NCBI GenBank assembly: GCA_937885075.1
Contig: CAKZYZ010000333.1
Span: 1-63,261 of the forward strand
From: an uncultured bacterium
GTDB taxonomy: Bacteria > Auribacterota > Erginobacteria > Erginobacterales > Erginobacteraceae
DNA: 63,261 nt
Reading direction: 5' to 3'
Shown: positions 1 to 8,101 of the stretch, piece after piece
Layout of the letters: every line of letters begins with the position of its first letter
How positions within the stretch are numbered: position 1 is the first letter of the stretch
The notes under the pieces: model-generated
Databases searched by the model: none
What the model saw: the letters and a program-made list of their open reading frames with translations, nothing else
Told to the model about the DNA's origin: nothing
Made by a program: the position numbers and the translations under genes

Positions 1-49
1 CTCCCGGAACCCCGGTGTCCATTGCGAGGCTACCCCACACGCGGGTTTT

Positions 50-192
50 GGTGGGGGGATGGATCTTTGTCCCCGGGTTGAAACTCGGGGCTGAGATGTA
101 GGACCCCTTTGGGGTCCGGGGTGGTGGGGGGGACGGTCCTTGTTCCCGGGTTGAAACCCGGGGCTGATATGTGGGACCCCTTTGGGGTCCGG
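50..192. repeat. Family K: two tandem ~72-74-nt units of GC-rich 7-bp hairpins (REP-like)
   Basis: Each unit holds CCCCGGG-TTGAAA-CYCGGGG and GGACCCC-TTT-GGGGTCC. A compensatory change in the first stem between copies preserves pairing. Confidence 0.8.
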
Positions 193-198
193 CCAAAT

Positions 199-342
199 GA
201 ACCCCAACGGGGTTCAACATGTAAGCCCGGGGAGAATCCCTGGGTTCAAGGGGTGAAACCCTGGAAATATACCCGAGCATCGCACAGAAAAAAAAAGAAC
301 CCCAACGGGGTTCCACATATAAGCCCGGGGCGAATCCCCGGG
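199..342. repeat. Family K: two copies of a 46-nt double hairpin
   Basis: 199-244 and 297-342: GAACCCC-AAC-GGGGTTC .. CCCGGGG-NGAAT-CCCYGGG. The second copy ends 11 nt before the udg ATG. Confidence 0.8.
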
Positions 343-353
343 ATCCCTGAATT

Positions 354-1175
354 ATGGAAAATAACGAAGCAAAGATGAAGGAGCTGCTCTACGACTTCCG
401 TCGTTACTTCGAGCAGCTCAAAGATGATGGAGTGGAGTGGGTAGAGACATCCCACCTCCTCCCCCCGGGTGATACTGAGGTTGCTCCCGCCCGGAAGCCG
501 GAACCGGCGCGGGCTTACCCCCGGCCTGAGAAATCATCTCGGCCCCGGAAAACTACTCCGGCTTATCCGGAAGAAAAAGCCGCCCCGGCGGTTCAGAAGC
601 CGGATCTATCCTCCCCGGCCGAGAAGTTCCGGGTCCTGATAGAGAGGATCAATAACTGCCGGAACTGCGGCCTGGCCTCGACCAGAAACCGGGCTGTCCC
701 GGGAGAGGGAGGGAACGCTCTCAGGATTCTCTTTGTCGGGGAAGGGCCGGGTGCGGAAGAGGACCGCACGGGGCGCCCATTTGTCGGACGTTCCGGACAA
801 CTGCTCGACAAGATTCTGGCCGCGGTATCCTTGACCCGGAATGATATTTTTATCACCAATATCGTCAAATGCCGTCCGCCCGGCAACCGCGACCCCCACT
901 CTGAAGAAGTCATTGCCTGCTGGCCTTACCTCGATGAACAGATCAAGATCCTCCGGCCCCGGGTTATCGTAACCCTGGGTGCCCCGGCGGCGAAGACACT
1001 GCTTGATACCACTGAGGGGATCGGGAGACTCCGGGGGCGATTCCATGACTACCACGGAATTCCACTTCTTCCGACCTATCATCCGGCCTATCTGCTTCGG
1101 TCTTATACTCTGGAGAATAGGAAGAAGGTGTGGGAGGATATGAAGTTGTTACGGGAATTTATTGATAAATTATGA
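354..1175 (+). CDS. Uracil-DNA glycosylase, family 4
   Basis: ORF 354-1175. The C-terminal ~190 aa carry GEGPGAEEDRTGRPFVGRSGQLL and HPAYLLR motifs plus NNCRNC cysteines. A Pro/Lys-rich N-terminal extension precedes the domain. Confidence 0.9.
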   Translation: MENNEAKMKELLYDFRRYFEQLKDDGVEWVETSHLLPPGDTEVAPARKPEPARAYPRPEKSSRPRKTTPAYPEEKAAPAVQKPDLSSPAEKFRVLIERINNCRNCGLASTRNRAVPGEGGNALRILFVGEGPGAEEDRTGRPFVGRSGQLLDKILAAVSLTRNDIFITNIVKCRPPGNRDPHSEEVIACWPYLDEQIKILRPRVIVTLGAPAAKTLLDTTEGIGRLRGRFHDYHGIPLLPTYHPAYLLRSYTLENRKKVWEDMKLLREFIDKL

Positions 1176-1217
1176 ATGTTGGGAGAAGGAATTCGGGTTT
1201 ATTTATAAAAAAGAGTT

Positions 1218-1407
1218 AACATCGAACGTCGAACGCCGAACTTCGAACGTCGAACGACGCATTGGCTTTGAGCGGGGGCAGACAGAGGGATAAAGGCTGA
1301 ACTTCGAATGTCGAACGACGCATTGGCATAGAGCATCGGCAGACAGCGAATTAAAGGCTGAACGTCGAACGTCCAACTTCGAACTTCGAACTTCGAACGT
1401 TGAAAGG
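1218..1407 (+). repeat. Family A (TCGAAC heptamer words) with tandem M2 modules
   Basis: Arm L1 at 1218-1259, then two ~62-nt units AAAGGCTGAAC..GTCGAACGACGCATTGGC(A/T)..GAGC..GGCAGACAG, then a further word run up to the 4HB gene. Confidence 0.85.
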
Positions 1408-1420
1408 AAAAGAAGCTAAG

Positions 1421-1789
1421 ATGAATGATGATAGGAAGTATGATTTAGAAGAGAGACTTTTGGAATATGCCGCGATGATTATCCGTCTGGTCGACCGGCT
1501 GCCGAAAACCCGGGCCGGGAATCATGTCGCTGGTCAGTTGCTGCGATCGGGGACCTCGCCTCTTCCTAATCATGGAGAGGCACAGGCTGCGGAGTCAGCT
1601 CGAGATTTTGTGCATAAATTCAAAGTATGTTTGAAAGAGTTGCGCGAGTCAAAGAGATGGCTTAGATTGATAAAAAGAGTTCCCTTAATAGAGCCAGTAT
1701 CTTCTATAGATTCGCCGATCCATGAGACAGAAGAATTAATAAAAATCTTTGTGAGCAGTATCAAGACGGTACAGCGAAGGGAAGAATGA
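1421..1789 (+). CDS. Four-helix-bundle protein (23S rRNA intervening-sequence protein family)
   Basis: The ORF track gives 1400-1789 (TTG). An in-frame ATG at 1421 gives MNDDRKYDLEERLLEYA... The pattern AGNHVAGQLLRSGTS..NHGEAQAAESARDFVHKFKVCLKELRESKRWL resembles the four-helix-bundle/S23-IVS family. This is recognised from memory, not searched. Confidence 0.75.
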   Translation: MNDDRKYDLEERLLEYAAMIIRLVDRLPKTRAGNHVAGQLLRSGTSPLPNHGEAQAAESARDFVHKFKVCLKELRESKRWLRLIKRVPLIEPVSSIDSPIHETEELIKIFVSSIKTVQRREE

Positions 1790-2078
1790 ACATCGAACAT
1801 CGAACGCTCAACTTCGAACTTCGAACGAGCGGTCCCTGGCCGCCGGCTGAATCTTCGGTTTTTTTCGCCTTCAAAACTCTCCTGCCTGAGTCCATTCGCT
1901 GTTCAGTCGTTGAGCAGTTGCCAGGTTAAATACCCGCGCCACCGAGCCAGCCGAAGTTCGACGTTCGAAGTTGAGCGTTCGACGTTCGATGTTCATTTTT
2001 TAGTTTTTAGCCGCTCGGAGCCTAAAGCCAATGCGATCGTTCGACGTTCGAAGTTGAGCGTTCGATGTTCGATGTTCA
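1787..2078. repeat. Family A inverted repeats downstream of the 4HB gene
   Basis: L2 (1787-1827, starting in the TGA stop) versus R2 (2038-2078) matches 40/41 as a reverse complement. R1 (1951-1994) is the reverse complement of L1 (1218-1259) at about 38/42. Confidence 0.9.
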
Positions 2079-2090
2079 ATCTTTTAAAAC

Positions 2091-4334
2091 ATGATCCTTC
2101 CTTCTCCCCAAAACAACAGCACTCACGCCGAGGTGATCCTGAACCTCAAGGCCGATCTCTGCCTCACCTACACAGTCCCGGAAGAATTAATCCGCCGCCT
2201 GCGGGTTGGACACATGGTCCTGGTCCCTCTGGGCTCCCGCCGGGTGAATGGCTTTGTTACGCTCTTCCCCGCTCCTCCTCCCCGGCGCCCGGGCAGGTCG
2301 ATTATCCGCTTGCTTGACCCGGAACCATTCTTTGGAGATAACCTTATCTCATTGGTACGCTGGATCTCCCAGTATTACTTCTGTTCATTTTCCCGGGCGT
2401 TCAAGACCGCGCTTCCCTCTCCGATCAGGAATACCAGTAATCCATCCCCGGTTCTCCATGTCGCCCTTAATATCTCGGTGGAGGAATCCGGAGAAGAGAT
2501 AGAGAAGTTGGCCGGAAAGGCCCCGCGCCAGGCCGATATACTGAAGGTTCTCCAGGGGAGGACCGGGACCAGCCCGCTCGCGGCCGTTCTGAAGGAATCC
2601 GGGGCGTCCCGGAGTTCATTGACCGCGCTGGAGAAGAAAGGACTGGTAGTCATAAGCCAGGAGGATAGATATACCTCCGGAAGACCGGGCGAAGAGATAC
2701 TGCCTACCGGTCCTCTTGTTCTCAATGATGAACAGAAAGTCGCCTTCAAAGAGATCGTTGACGCAATCGATAATGAGGAGTTCAGGGTATTCCTCCTCCA
2801 CGGGATTACCGGGAGCGGAAAGACCGAGATATATCTCCAGGCGGTCGCCCGGGTGCTGGAGCGGGGGGAGGGAGCGATTATCATGGTCCCGGAGATATCC
2901 CTCACTCCGCAGACCGGGGAACGGTTCCGGTCCCGGTTTGGAGACCAGGTAGTTGTTATCCACAGCGCCCAGGCGGCGGGTGAGCGTTATTCCGCCTGGC
3001 GCCGGTTGGCTGATGGTCGGGCCCGGATTGTCCTCGGGCCCCGTTCCGCTGTCTTCGCTCCGGTAAAAAATCTGGGGTTGATAGTTGTCGATGAAGAGCA
3101 TGAGACTTCATATAAGCAGTCCGCGATCCATCCGTTTTATCATGGCCGCGATGTGGCGGTGATGCGGGGGAAACTGGAGAATTGCCCGGTAATTTTAGGG
3201 TCGGCCACGCCGTCAGTGGAGAGTTATAACAATCAGCGGGAGGGGAAGTATTCTCTCCTGACTCTCTCCCATCGTCCCGATGAGGCGGAACTCCCGAAGG
3301 TCAGGATTATTGATATGCGTCTCGAGCGGGAGAAGTTCCGCGGCGGGAGTTCCTTCTCTTCTATTCTTCTTCGAGAGATGAAGCTGAACCTGGAGGAGGG
3401 AAGGCAGACAATCCTCTTTTTAAACCGGAGAGGTTTCTTTACCGTCCTGGTCTGCCGGGAATGCGGATATGTCGCCCGGTGCCCGCATTGCAGTGTCTCT
3501 CTCACCTACCATAAAGGCAAACGTTTGCAGATATGCCATCTCTGCGGTTATACCGCTGCCCCGGACCGGAGCTGCCCGCTCTGCAAGTCGAAAGATATCA
3601 CCTTCTCCGGGAGGGGAACCCAGAGGATAGAAGAGCAGATAAAGAAGATATTTCCCCAGGCCCGGGTTCGGAGGATGGATACCGACTCGGTCGGCGCCAG
3701 GGATTCTCATCGGATTATACTTGATGAATTCAAAGCGGGCCGGATTGATATTCTGGTCGGTACCCAGATGATCGCTAAGGGACTGGATTTTCCCAATGTG
3801 ACCCTGGTCGGTGTGATCATGGCCGATACCGCGCTCTCCCTCGCGGATTTTCGGGCCACCGAGTACACCTTCCAGATCCTTTCCCAGGTCGGCGGTCGGG
3901 CGGGGAGGGGGGAACTGAAAGGGACGGTTATTATCCAGACCAATTCCCCCCGCCATCCCGCCCTTCTCTCCGCGGTCCGGCACGATTACGCTGCTTTCTT
4001 CGATCAGGAGATCGCTCTCCGGGCCGAACTGGGATATCCCCCTCTCAATCACTTCATCAGCCTGACGGTTCTCTCCCGCAACGAAGATAAGAGTCTCCGG
4101 ATCTGCGAGCATCTTGCCCGCCTCTTAAGGCCCGTGATGGCCCCGGAAGATGAGATCATGGGCCCGGCTCCACCCCCGATCAACCGGATCAGGGGAAGAT
4201 ACCGCTGGCAGCTCCTCTTAAAGACTCACGGGGTGGTATCCACTCTCAGGGCTCTGGGTCAGGTGCTGCCCGGACTGGGAAAAGACCGGGACGTTAAAAT
4301 TGAAGTGGATGTCGATCCCATTTCCATGCTCTGA
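2091..4334 (+). CDS. priA: Primosomal protein N' (replication restart helicase PriA)
   Basis: 747 aa. Walker A GITGSGKT, DEEH box (VVDEEHE), and the Cys-rich zinc region CRECGYVARCPHCSVSLTYH..CHLCGY..CPLC. Confidence 0.95.
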   Translation: MILPSPQNNSTHAEVILNLKADLCLTYTVPEELIRRLRVGHMVLVPLGSRRVNGFVTLFPAPPPRRPGRSIIRLLDPEPFFGDNLISLVRWISQYYFCSFSRAFKTALPSPIRNTSNPSPVLHVALNISVEESGEEIEKLAGKAPRQADILKVLQGRTGTSPLAAVLKESGASRSSLTALEKKGLVVISQEDRYTSGRPGEEILPTGPLVLNDEQKVAFKEIVDAIDNEEFRVFLLHGITGSGKTEIYLQAVARVLERGEGAIIMVPEISLTPQTGERFRSRFGDQVVVIHSAQAAGERYSAWRRLADGRARIVLGPRSAVFAPVKNLGLIVVDEEHETSYKQSAIHPFYHGRDVAVMRGKLENCPVILGSATPSVESYNNQREGKYSLLTLSHRPDEAELPKVRIIDMRLEREKFRGGSSFSSILLREMKLNLEEGRQTILFLNRRGFFTVLVCRECGYVARCPHCSVSLTYHKGKRLQICHLCGYTAAPDRSCPLCKSKDITFSGRGTQRIEEQIKKIFPQARVRRMDTDSVGARDSHRIILDEFKAGRIDILVGTQMIAKGLDFPNVTLVGVIMADTALSLADFRATEYTFQILSQVGGRAGRGELKGTVIIQTNSPRHPALLSAVRHDYAAFFDQEIALRAELGYPPLNHFISLTVLSRNEDKSLRICEHLARLLRPVMAPEDEIMGPAPPPINRIRGRYRWQLLLKTHGVVSTLRALGQVLPGLGKDRDVKIEVDVDPISML

Positions 4335-4380
4335 AGTATTCTCTGCCGGTCCGGCAGAGAATATTTCAGAGCATGGAAAT
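4320..4380 (+). terminator. ~30-bp near-perfect palindrome spanning the priA stop codon
   Basis: ATTTCCATGCTCTGAAGTATTCTCTGCCGG / CCGGCAGAGAATATTTCAGAGCATGGAAAT. The left arm includes the last 5 priA codons. There is no clean T-tract. Confidence 0.55.
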
Positions 4381-4505
4381 GATATGATTTATGGATCTAA
4401 AATCCCACTGATTCAGTTAGCAGTTGGATATCCCACAAGATAGCCTCCGTCTCTTATGTGGCCTACTTGATAAAATATTAATTGATGAAATTAATGAAAT
4501 TCGCA

Positions 4506-4535
4506 TTGACATTTATGCGTTATCTAAATTAGGAT
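4506..4535 (+). promoter_or_regulatory. Candidate sigma-70 promoter of the repeat-protein gene
   Basis: TTGACA (4506-4511), 18-nt spacer, TAGGAT (4530-4535, followed by AAT). About 45 nt upstream of ATG 4579. Confidence 0.4.
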
Positions 4536-4578
4536 AATATCATTGATATAGATATACTGGCACTGAAAAGGAGAAAGC

Positions 4579-5049
4579 ATGACTGATAGCGAGAAAGAAA
4601 GAGACGGGATCCTCCTGGAGCAAATGAACATTAAATTTGATATACTCGTAGAAGGTCACCAAGCTGGCAGAAAAGAGACAAAAAAATTTGCGGATGAAGC
4701 CCGAGAAAGACATGATAAACTAGAGAAACAATTGTCGATGGTTGCTAAGAACTTAAGTGAACAGATTACTGGCAACCGGGAAGAGATAGGAAAGAACCGG
4801 GAAGCCATCACATCGGTGGATAAGAAGGTGGACCGGAACCGGGAAGCCATCGAACAGAACCGGGAAGCCATCACATCGGTGGATAAGAAGGTGGACCGGA
4901 ACCGGGATGCCATCGAACAGAACCGGGAAGCCATCACATCGGTGGATAAGAAAGTTGACAGGAACTGGGAACGGATTGATGAGCATGACCGGAAGATGGG
5001 CTGGTTTGTCGAAAAGTCAGAAGACCACGAGCAGAGAATTCCTGTCTAA
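4579..5049 (+). CDS. Hypothetical coiled-coil protein with 21-aa tandem repeats
   Basis: AAGGAG SD 6 nt upstream of the ATG. Contains three copies of NREAITSVDKKVDRNR(E/D)AIEQ. No family recognised. Confidence 0.6.
   Translation: MTDSEKERDGILLEQMNIKFDILVEGHQAGRKETKKFADEARERHDKLEKQLSMVAKNLSEQITGNREEIGKNREAITSVDKKVDRNREAIEQNREAITSVDKKVDRNRDAIEQNREAITSVDKKVDRNWERIDEHDRKMGWFVEKSEDHEQRIPV
4795..4980 (+). repeat. 63-nt tandem repeat (~2.9 copies) inside CDS 4579-5049
   Basis: AACCGGGAAGCCATCACATCGGTGGATAAGAAGGTGGACCGG.. restarts at 4795, 4858 and 4921. Confidence 0.9.
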
Positions 5050-5250
5050 AATCAAAAATCCCCCTTATCGGTAATTGTAGACCAAAGATCTCTTCGGCTA
5101 ACTAAAGCCGGTCAACAACGGTAAGGCGCACAATTATTTATTCCGTCGTTTCATGATGGAAGGATGCTAGCACCGTTTCGGTGTTATCCGCTGTCGATTT
5201 GCAGACTCGGTTCTAATCTGTTAATCATCTGGTTGTCAAGAGAGAATGAA

Positions 5251-5400
5251 TTATAAGAGCTTATGCGGCCCGAAGATCTCCGGGTAGAGATCTGAGAGAT
5301 GGGTCTCCCGGAACTCTCCCTTAGTGTTGGCGGCCAGGATCAGCATCTCCCCCCGATCGAACTCGGCCAGACTCTGCCGGCAGATGGCGCAGGGGAAGGG
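5251..5400 (-). pseudogene. cdd: Cytidine deaminase (cdd) C-terminal remnant, 5'-truncated
   Basis: The minus-strand frame reads PFPCAICRQSLAEFDRGEMLILAANTKGEFRETHLSDLYPEIFGPHKLL*. This contains the PCxxCRQ zinc motif and a Cdd-like tail. An in-frame TAA lies 3 codons upstream, and similarity stops exactly at the family-F element boundary (5401). Confidence 0.55.
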
Positions 5401-5652
5401 AGAAAGAAGTTAAAAGTGCCTAAAGTGCGCTTCCGCCGTCACCAAGGCTATGGCGGATAAAAAAGTGCCTTCCTCCGTCGCTAAAGCTTCCGCCTTCGTC
5501 AAGACTATGGCGCACAGGATGGCGGATAGGAAAAGTTGTTCGCCTTCGCCTGGCTTTTTCAGCTCCTCGTTTGCTTCACTTTACCCCTAATGCCGCCATG
5601 TCGGGTTAGGTGATAACTTTCAACTTTAGGCACTTTAGCGCACTTAAGGCAC
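5401..5652. repeat. Family F palindromic element (CTTTAGGCA/CTTTAGCGCA words) abutting the cdd remnant
   Basis: Left end AGAAAGAAGTTAAAAGTGCCTAAAGTGCGC (5401-5430). Right arm GATAACTTTCAACTTTAGGCACTTTAGCGCACTTAAGGCAC (5612-5652). The interior holds M1-like CTATGGCGG motifs. Confidence 0.85.
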
Positions 5653-5847
5653 TACAGAACATTGCCAGAGCGAAGCGATGGCTATGTTCATATGCTTGCC
5701 ATAATGGCACATCAGGGTAATATCCCCCGGAACTGTGCCATAATTACACGGTCAGTTCAGCATTCCAGGGCATAGGTTAATTTAAGAGATCTATATTACT
5801 CCCTAACTTATAGGCAGTTGTAAATAATAATTTATTTTTCCTGATGT

Positions 5848-5856
5848 TGATATAAT
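5848..5856 (+). promoter_or_regulatory. Extended -10 element (TGATATAAT) upstream of dnaK
   Basis: Exact TGnTATAAT at 5848-5856, 88 nt upstream of the dnaK ATG. Confidence 0.45.
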
Positions 5857-5857
5857 T

Positions 5858-5873
5858 TGGCACGCTGATTGCT
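5858..5873 (+). promoter_or_regulatory. Sigma-54-type -24/-12 element upstream of dnaK
   Basis: TGGCACGCTGATTGCT matches TGGCAC-N5-TTGCW exactly. It is the only such match I found in the window and ends 71 nt before the dnaK ATG. Confidence 0.45.
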
Positions 5874-5943
5874 TTACATTTAGTGATCTACACATAATTT
5901 AAAAAACTTTTTCAGGAAAAATAAATTAGGAGGAAAAAATATA

Positions 5944-7884
5944 ATGGCTAAAGTAATCGGAATAGATTTAGGAACTACTAATTCATGTATGGCTGTAATG
6001 GAGGGGAATGACCCCAAGGTCATCCCGAATGCCGAAGGCAGTCGGGTAACCCCTTCCGTTGTCGCCTTCACCAAGACCGGGGAGCGGCTGGTCGGTCAGC
6101 CCGCCAAGCGCCAGGCGATCACCAACTCGGCCAATACCATCTTCTCCATCAAGCGTTTTATGGGAAGGAGATTCGAGGAGGTTCAGTCCGAGATTAAACT
6201 GGTCCCCTACAAAGTAATCAAAGCCGACAACGGCGACGCCCGGGTAGAGGTCGAGGGAAAGATATATTCCCCGCCTGAGATCTCCGCGATGATTCTGCGG
6301 AAGATGAAGCAAGACGCAGAATCCCACCTCGGCGATAAGGTGACTGGAGCGGTCATCACCGTACCGGCTTACTTCAATGACAGTCAGCGCCAGGCCACCA
6401 AGGACGCCGGGAAGATCGCCGGCCTCGAGGTCCCCCGTATCATCAATGAGCCGACCGCTGCCGCTCTGGCCTATGGGCTGGATAAGAAGAAAGACGAGAT
6501 GATCGCTGTCTTCGACCTCGGTGGAGGTACCTTTGACATCTCGATCCTGGAGATAGGAGAAGGCGTTTTCGAGGTCAAGTCCACCAATGGAGATACTCAC
6601 CTGGGTGGCGACGACTTCGACCAGAGGATCATCGACTGGATCGCCGAGGAGTTCAAGAAAGATCAGGGGATCGACCTGAAGCAGGATCCGATGGCGATCC
6701 AGCGGCTGAAAGAAACCGCCGAGAAGGCCAAGTGTGAGCTCTCCAGTACCATGGAGACGGAGATCAACCTCCCGTTTATCACCGCGGACGCGGCCGGACC
6801 AAAACACCTTTCGATGAAGTTGACCCGGGCCAAGCTGGACCAGCTTTGCGATGACCTGATCGAGCGGACCAAGAGCCCCTGTGAGAAAGCCCTGAAGGAT
6901 GCCGGGTTGAAGAAGGACCAGATCGATGAGGTGATTCTGGTCGGCGGGATGACCCGGATGCCCGCGGTTCAGGAGATGGTCAAGAATCTCTTCGGAAAAG
7001 ATCCCCACAAGGGGGTCAACCCGGACGAGGTAGTCGCGATCGGCGCCGCCGTCCAGGCCGGTGTGCTGGCGGGGGATGTTAAGGATGTTCTGCTTCTGGA
7101 CGTAACGCCACTCTCTCTCGGTATTGAGACATTAGGTGGAGTAATGACCCGCCTGATCGATCGTAACACTACCATCCCCACCAAGAAGAGCGAGATATTC
7201 TCCACCGCCGCCGACAGTCAGACCCAGGTAGAGATCCATGTCCTCCAGGGAGAACGGGAGATGGCCTCCGCCAATCGCACGATCGGAAAGTTTCATCTGA
7301 CCGGCCTTCCGCCCGCGCCCCGCGGTGTTCCTCAGATTGAGGTATCATTCGATATCGATGCCAACGGCATATTGAATGTCACCGCCAAGGATCTCGGCAC
7401 CGGGAAGGAGCAGAATATCACCATCACCGCTTCCAGCGGTCTCTCGGATAACGAGGTAGAGAAGATGGTGAAAGACTCCGAGCAGCATGCCGATGAAGAT
7501 AAGAAACTCCGGGAAGCGGTTGATGCCAAGAACCAGGGTGACGCGGCGGTATATCAGACCGAGAAACTTTTGAAGGAGAATGAAGAGAAGATCAGCGCGG
7601 ACTCCAAAGCTAAGATTGAAGCCGCGATCGAGCGCCTGAAAGAGGCTCTGAAGAAAGAAGACGGGGCTGAGATCAAGTCCGCCACCGATGACCTCAATCA
7701 GGCCTGGCATTCCGTCAGCGAGGAGATGTATAAGCAGGCAACCGCCGCCTCCGCTGATCCCCAGGGAGCGCCCGGAGCTGATGCCGGCCCTCAGACCCCC
7801 TCCCCGGGGACCGAAGCAGGCTCCGCTCCGGAAGGCGAAGTAATCGACGCCGAGTTCGAGGTAGAAGACGAGGAGAAGAAATAA
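5944..7884 (+). CDS. dnaK: Molecular chaperone DnaK (Hsp70)
   Basis: 646 aa. [17 protein letters not shown] and [11 protein letters not shown] motifs. AGGAGG SD. Confidence 0.98.
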   Translation: MAKVIGIDLGTTNSCMAVMEGNDPKVIPNAEGSRVTPSVVAFTKTGERLVGQPAKRQAITNSANTIFSIKRFMGRRFEEVQSEIKLVPYKVIKADNGDARVEVEGKIYSPPEISAMILRKMKQDAESHLGDKVTGAVITVPAYFNDSQRQATKDAGKIAGLEVPRIINEPTAAALAYGLDKKKDEMIAVFDLGGGTFDISILEIGEGVFEVKSTNGDTHLGGDDFDQRIIDWIAEEFKKDQGIDLKQDPMAIQRLKETAEKAKCELSSTMETEINLPFITADAAGPKHLSMKLTRAKLDQLCDDLIERTKSPCEKALKDAGLKKDQIDEVILVGGMTRMPAVQEMVKNLFGKDPHKGVNPDEVVAIGAAVQAGVLAGDVKDVLLLDVTPLSLGIETLGGVMTRLIDRNTTIPTKKSEIFSTAADSQTQVEIHVLQGEREMASANRTIGKFHLTGLPPAPRGVPQIEVSFDIDANGILNVTAKDLGTGKEQNITITASSGLSDNEVEKMVKDSEQHADEDKKLREAVDAKNQGDAAVYQTEKLLKENEEKISADSKAKIEAAIERLKEALKKEDGAEIKSATDDLNQAWHSVSEEMYKQATAASADPQGAPGADAGPQTPSPGTEAGSAPEGEVIDAEFEVEDEEKK

Positions 7885-7995
7885 ATCAGGATATCAGGGA
7901 ATCAGGATACCAGAATATCAGGATATCAGGGGATCAGGCCAGGCTTGGCTAACCTGATATCCTGATCCCCTGATATCCTGATTATCTGATATTCT
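7885..7995. repeat. Family C word-palindrome (RNATCAGG octamers)
   Basis: The left arm (7885-7937) starts at the base after the dnaK stop. Centre CCAGGCTTGGCTAA. Right arm of CCTGAT words at 7953-7995. Confidence 0.9.
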
Positions 7996-8076
7996 TCCTA
8001 ACAAGGAGGGAGAAGAGTTATTGGGATAACAAGAAACTTCAGCAGGGAAAAAAGAACAGTTGTAAAAAAACAAAAC

Positions 8077-8101
8077 TATTATTTTGCACAGCAAAATAAT
8101 A
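8077..8101. repeat. AT-hairpin family copy upstream of groES
   Basis: TATTATTTTGC-ACA-GCAAAATAATA, 16 nt before the groES ATG. Preceded by CAAAAC, as in the tRNA copy. Confidence 0.8.

Larger units (their letters stand above)
5829..5927. repeat. 16-bp perfect inverted repeat bracketing the dnaK promoter region (AT-hairpin family, split form)
   Basis: AATTTATTTTTCCTGA (5829-5844) and TCAGGAAAAATAAATT (5912-5927), 67 nt apart. Confidence 0.85.

Noticed and set aside
1910-2317. ORFs lying on repeat DNA: 1910-2317, 10241-10537, 21703-21972(-), 21764-21982, 21775-21999, 41021-41233, 45932-46120, 27272-27499(-), 27327-27602 and 28195-28476. Also the N-terminal extensions of the ORF-track entries at 17454, 18609, 20006, 26215, 30658, 34585 and 56392.
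   Set aside because: Their reading frames run through palindromic word arrays or the tRNA, and they give low-complexity peptides (for example LTAYCSLLTVYSLLTAYY). They lack SDs. In the extension cases a downstream in-frame ATG reproduces the conserved N-terminus of the family.
7885-7995. Integron attC sites, since these are imperfect palindromes sitting right after each ORF.
   Set aside because: The flanking genes are core single-copy housekeeping genes in conserved synteny (dnaK, groEL, arg, glyQS), not cassettes. There is no intI or attI, no GTTRRRY core, and the arms are tandem words rather than R''-L''/L'-R' boxes.
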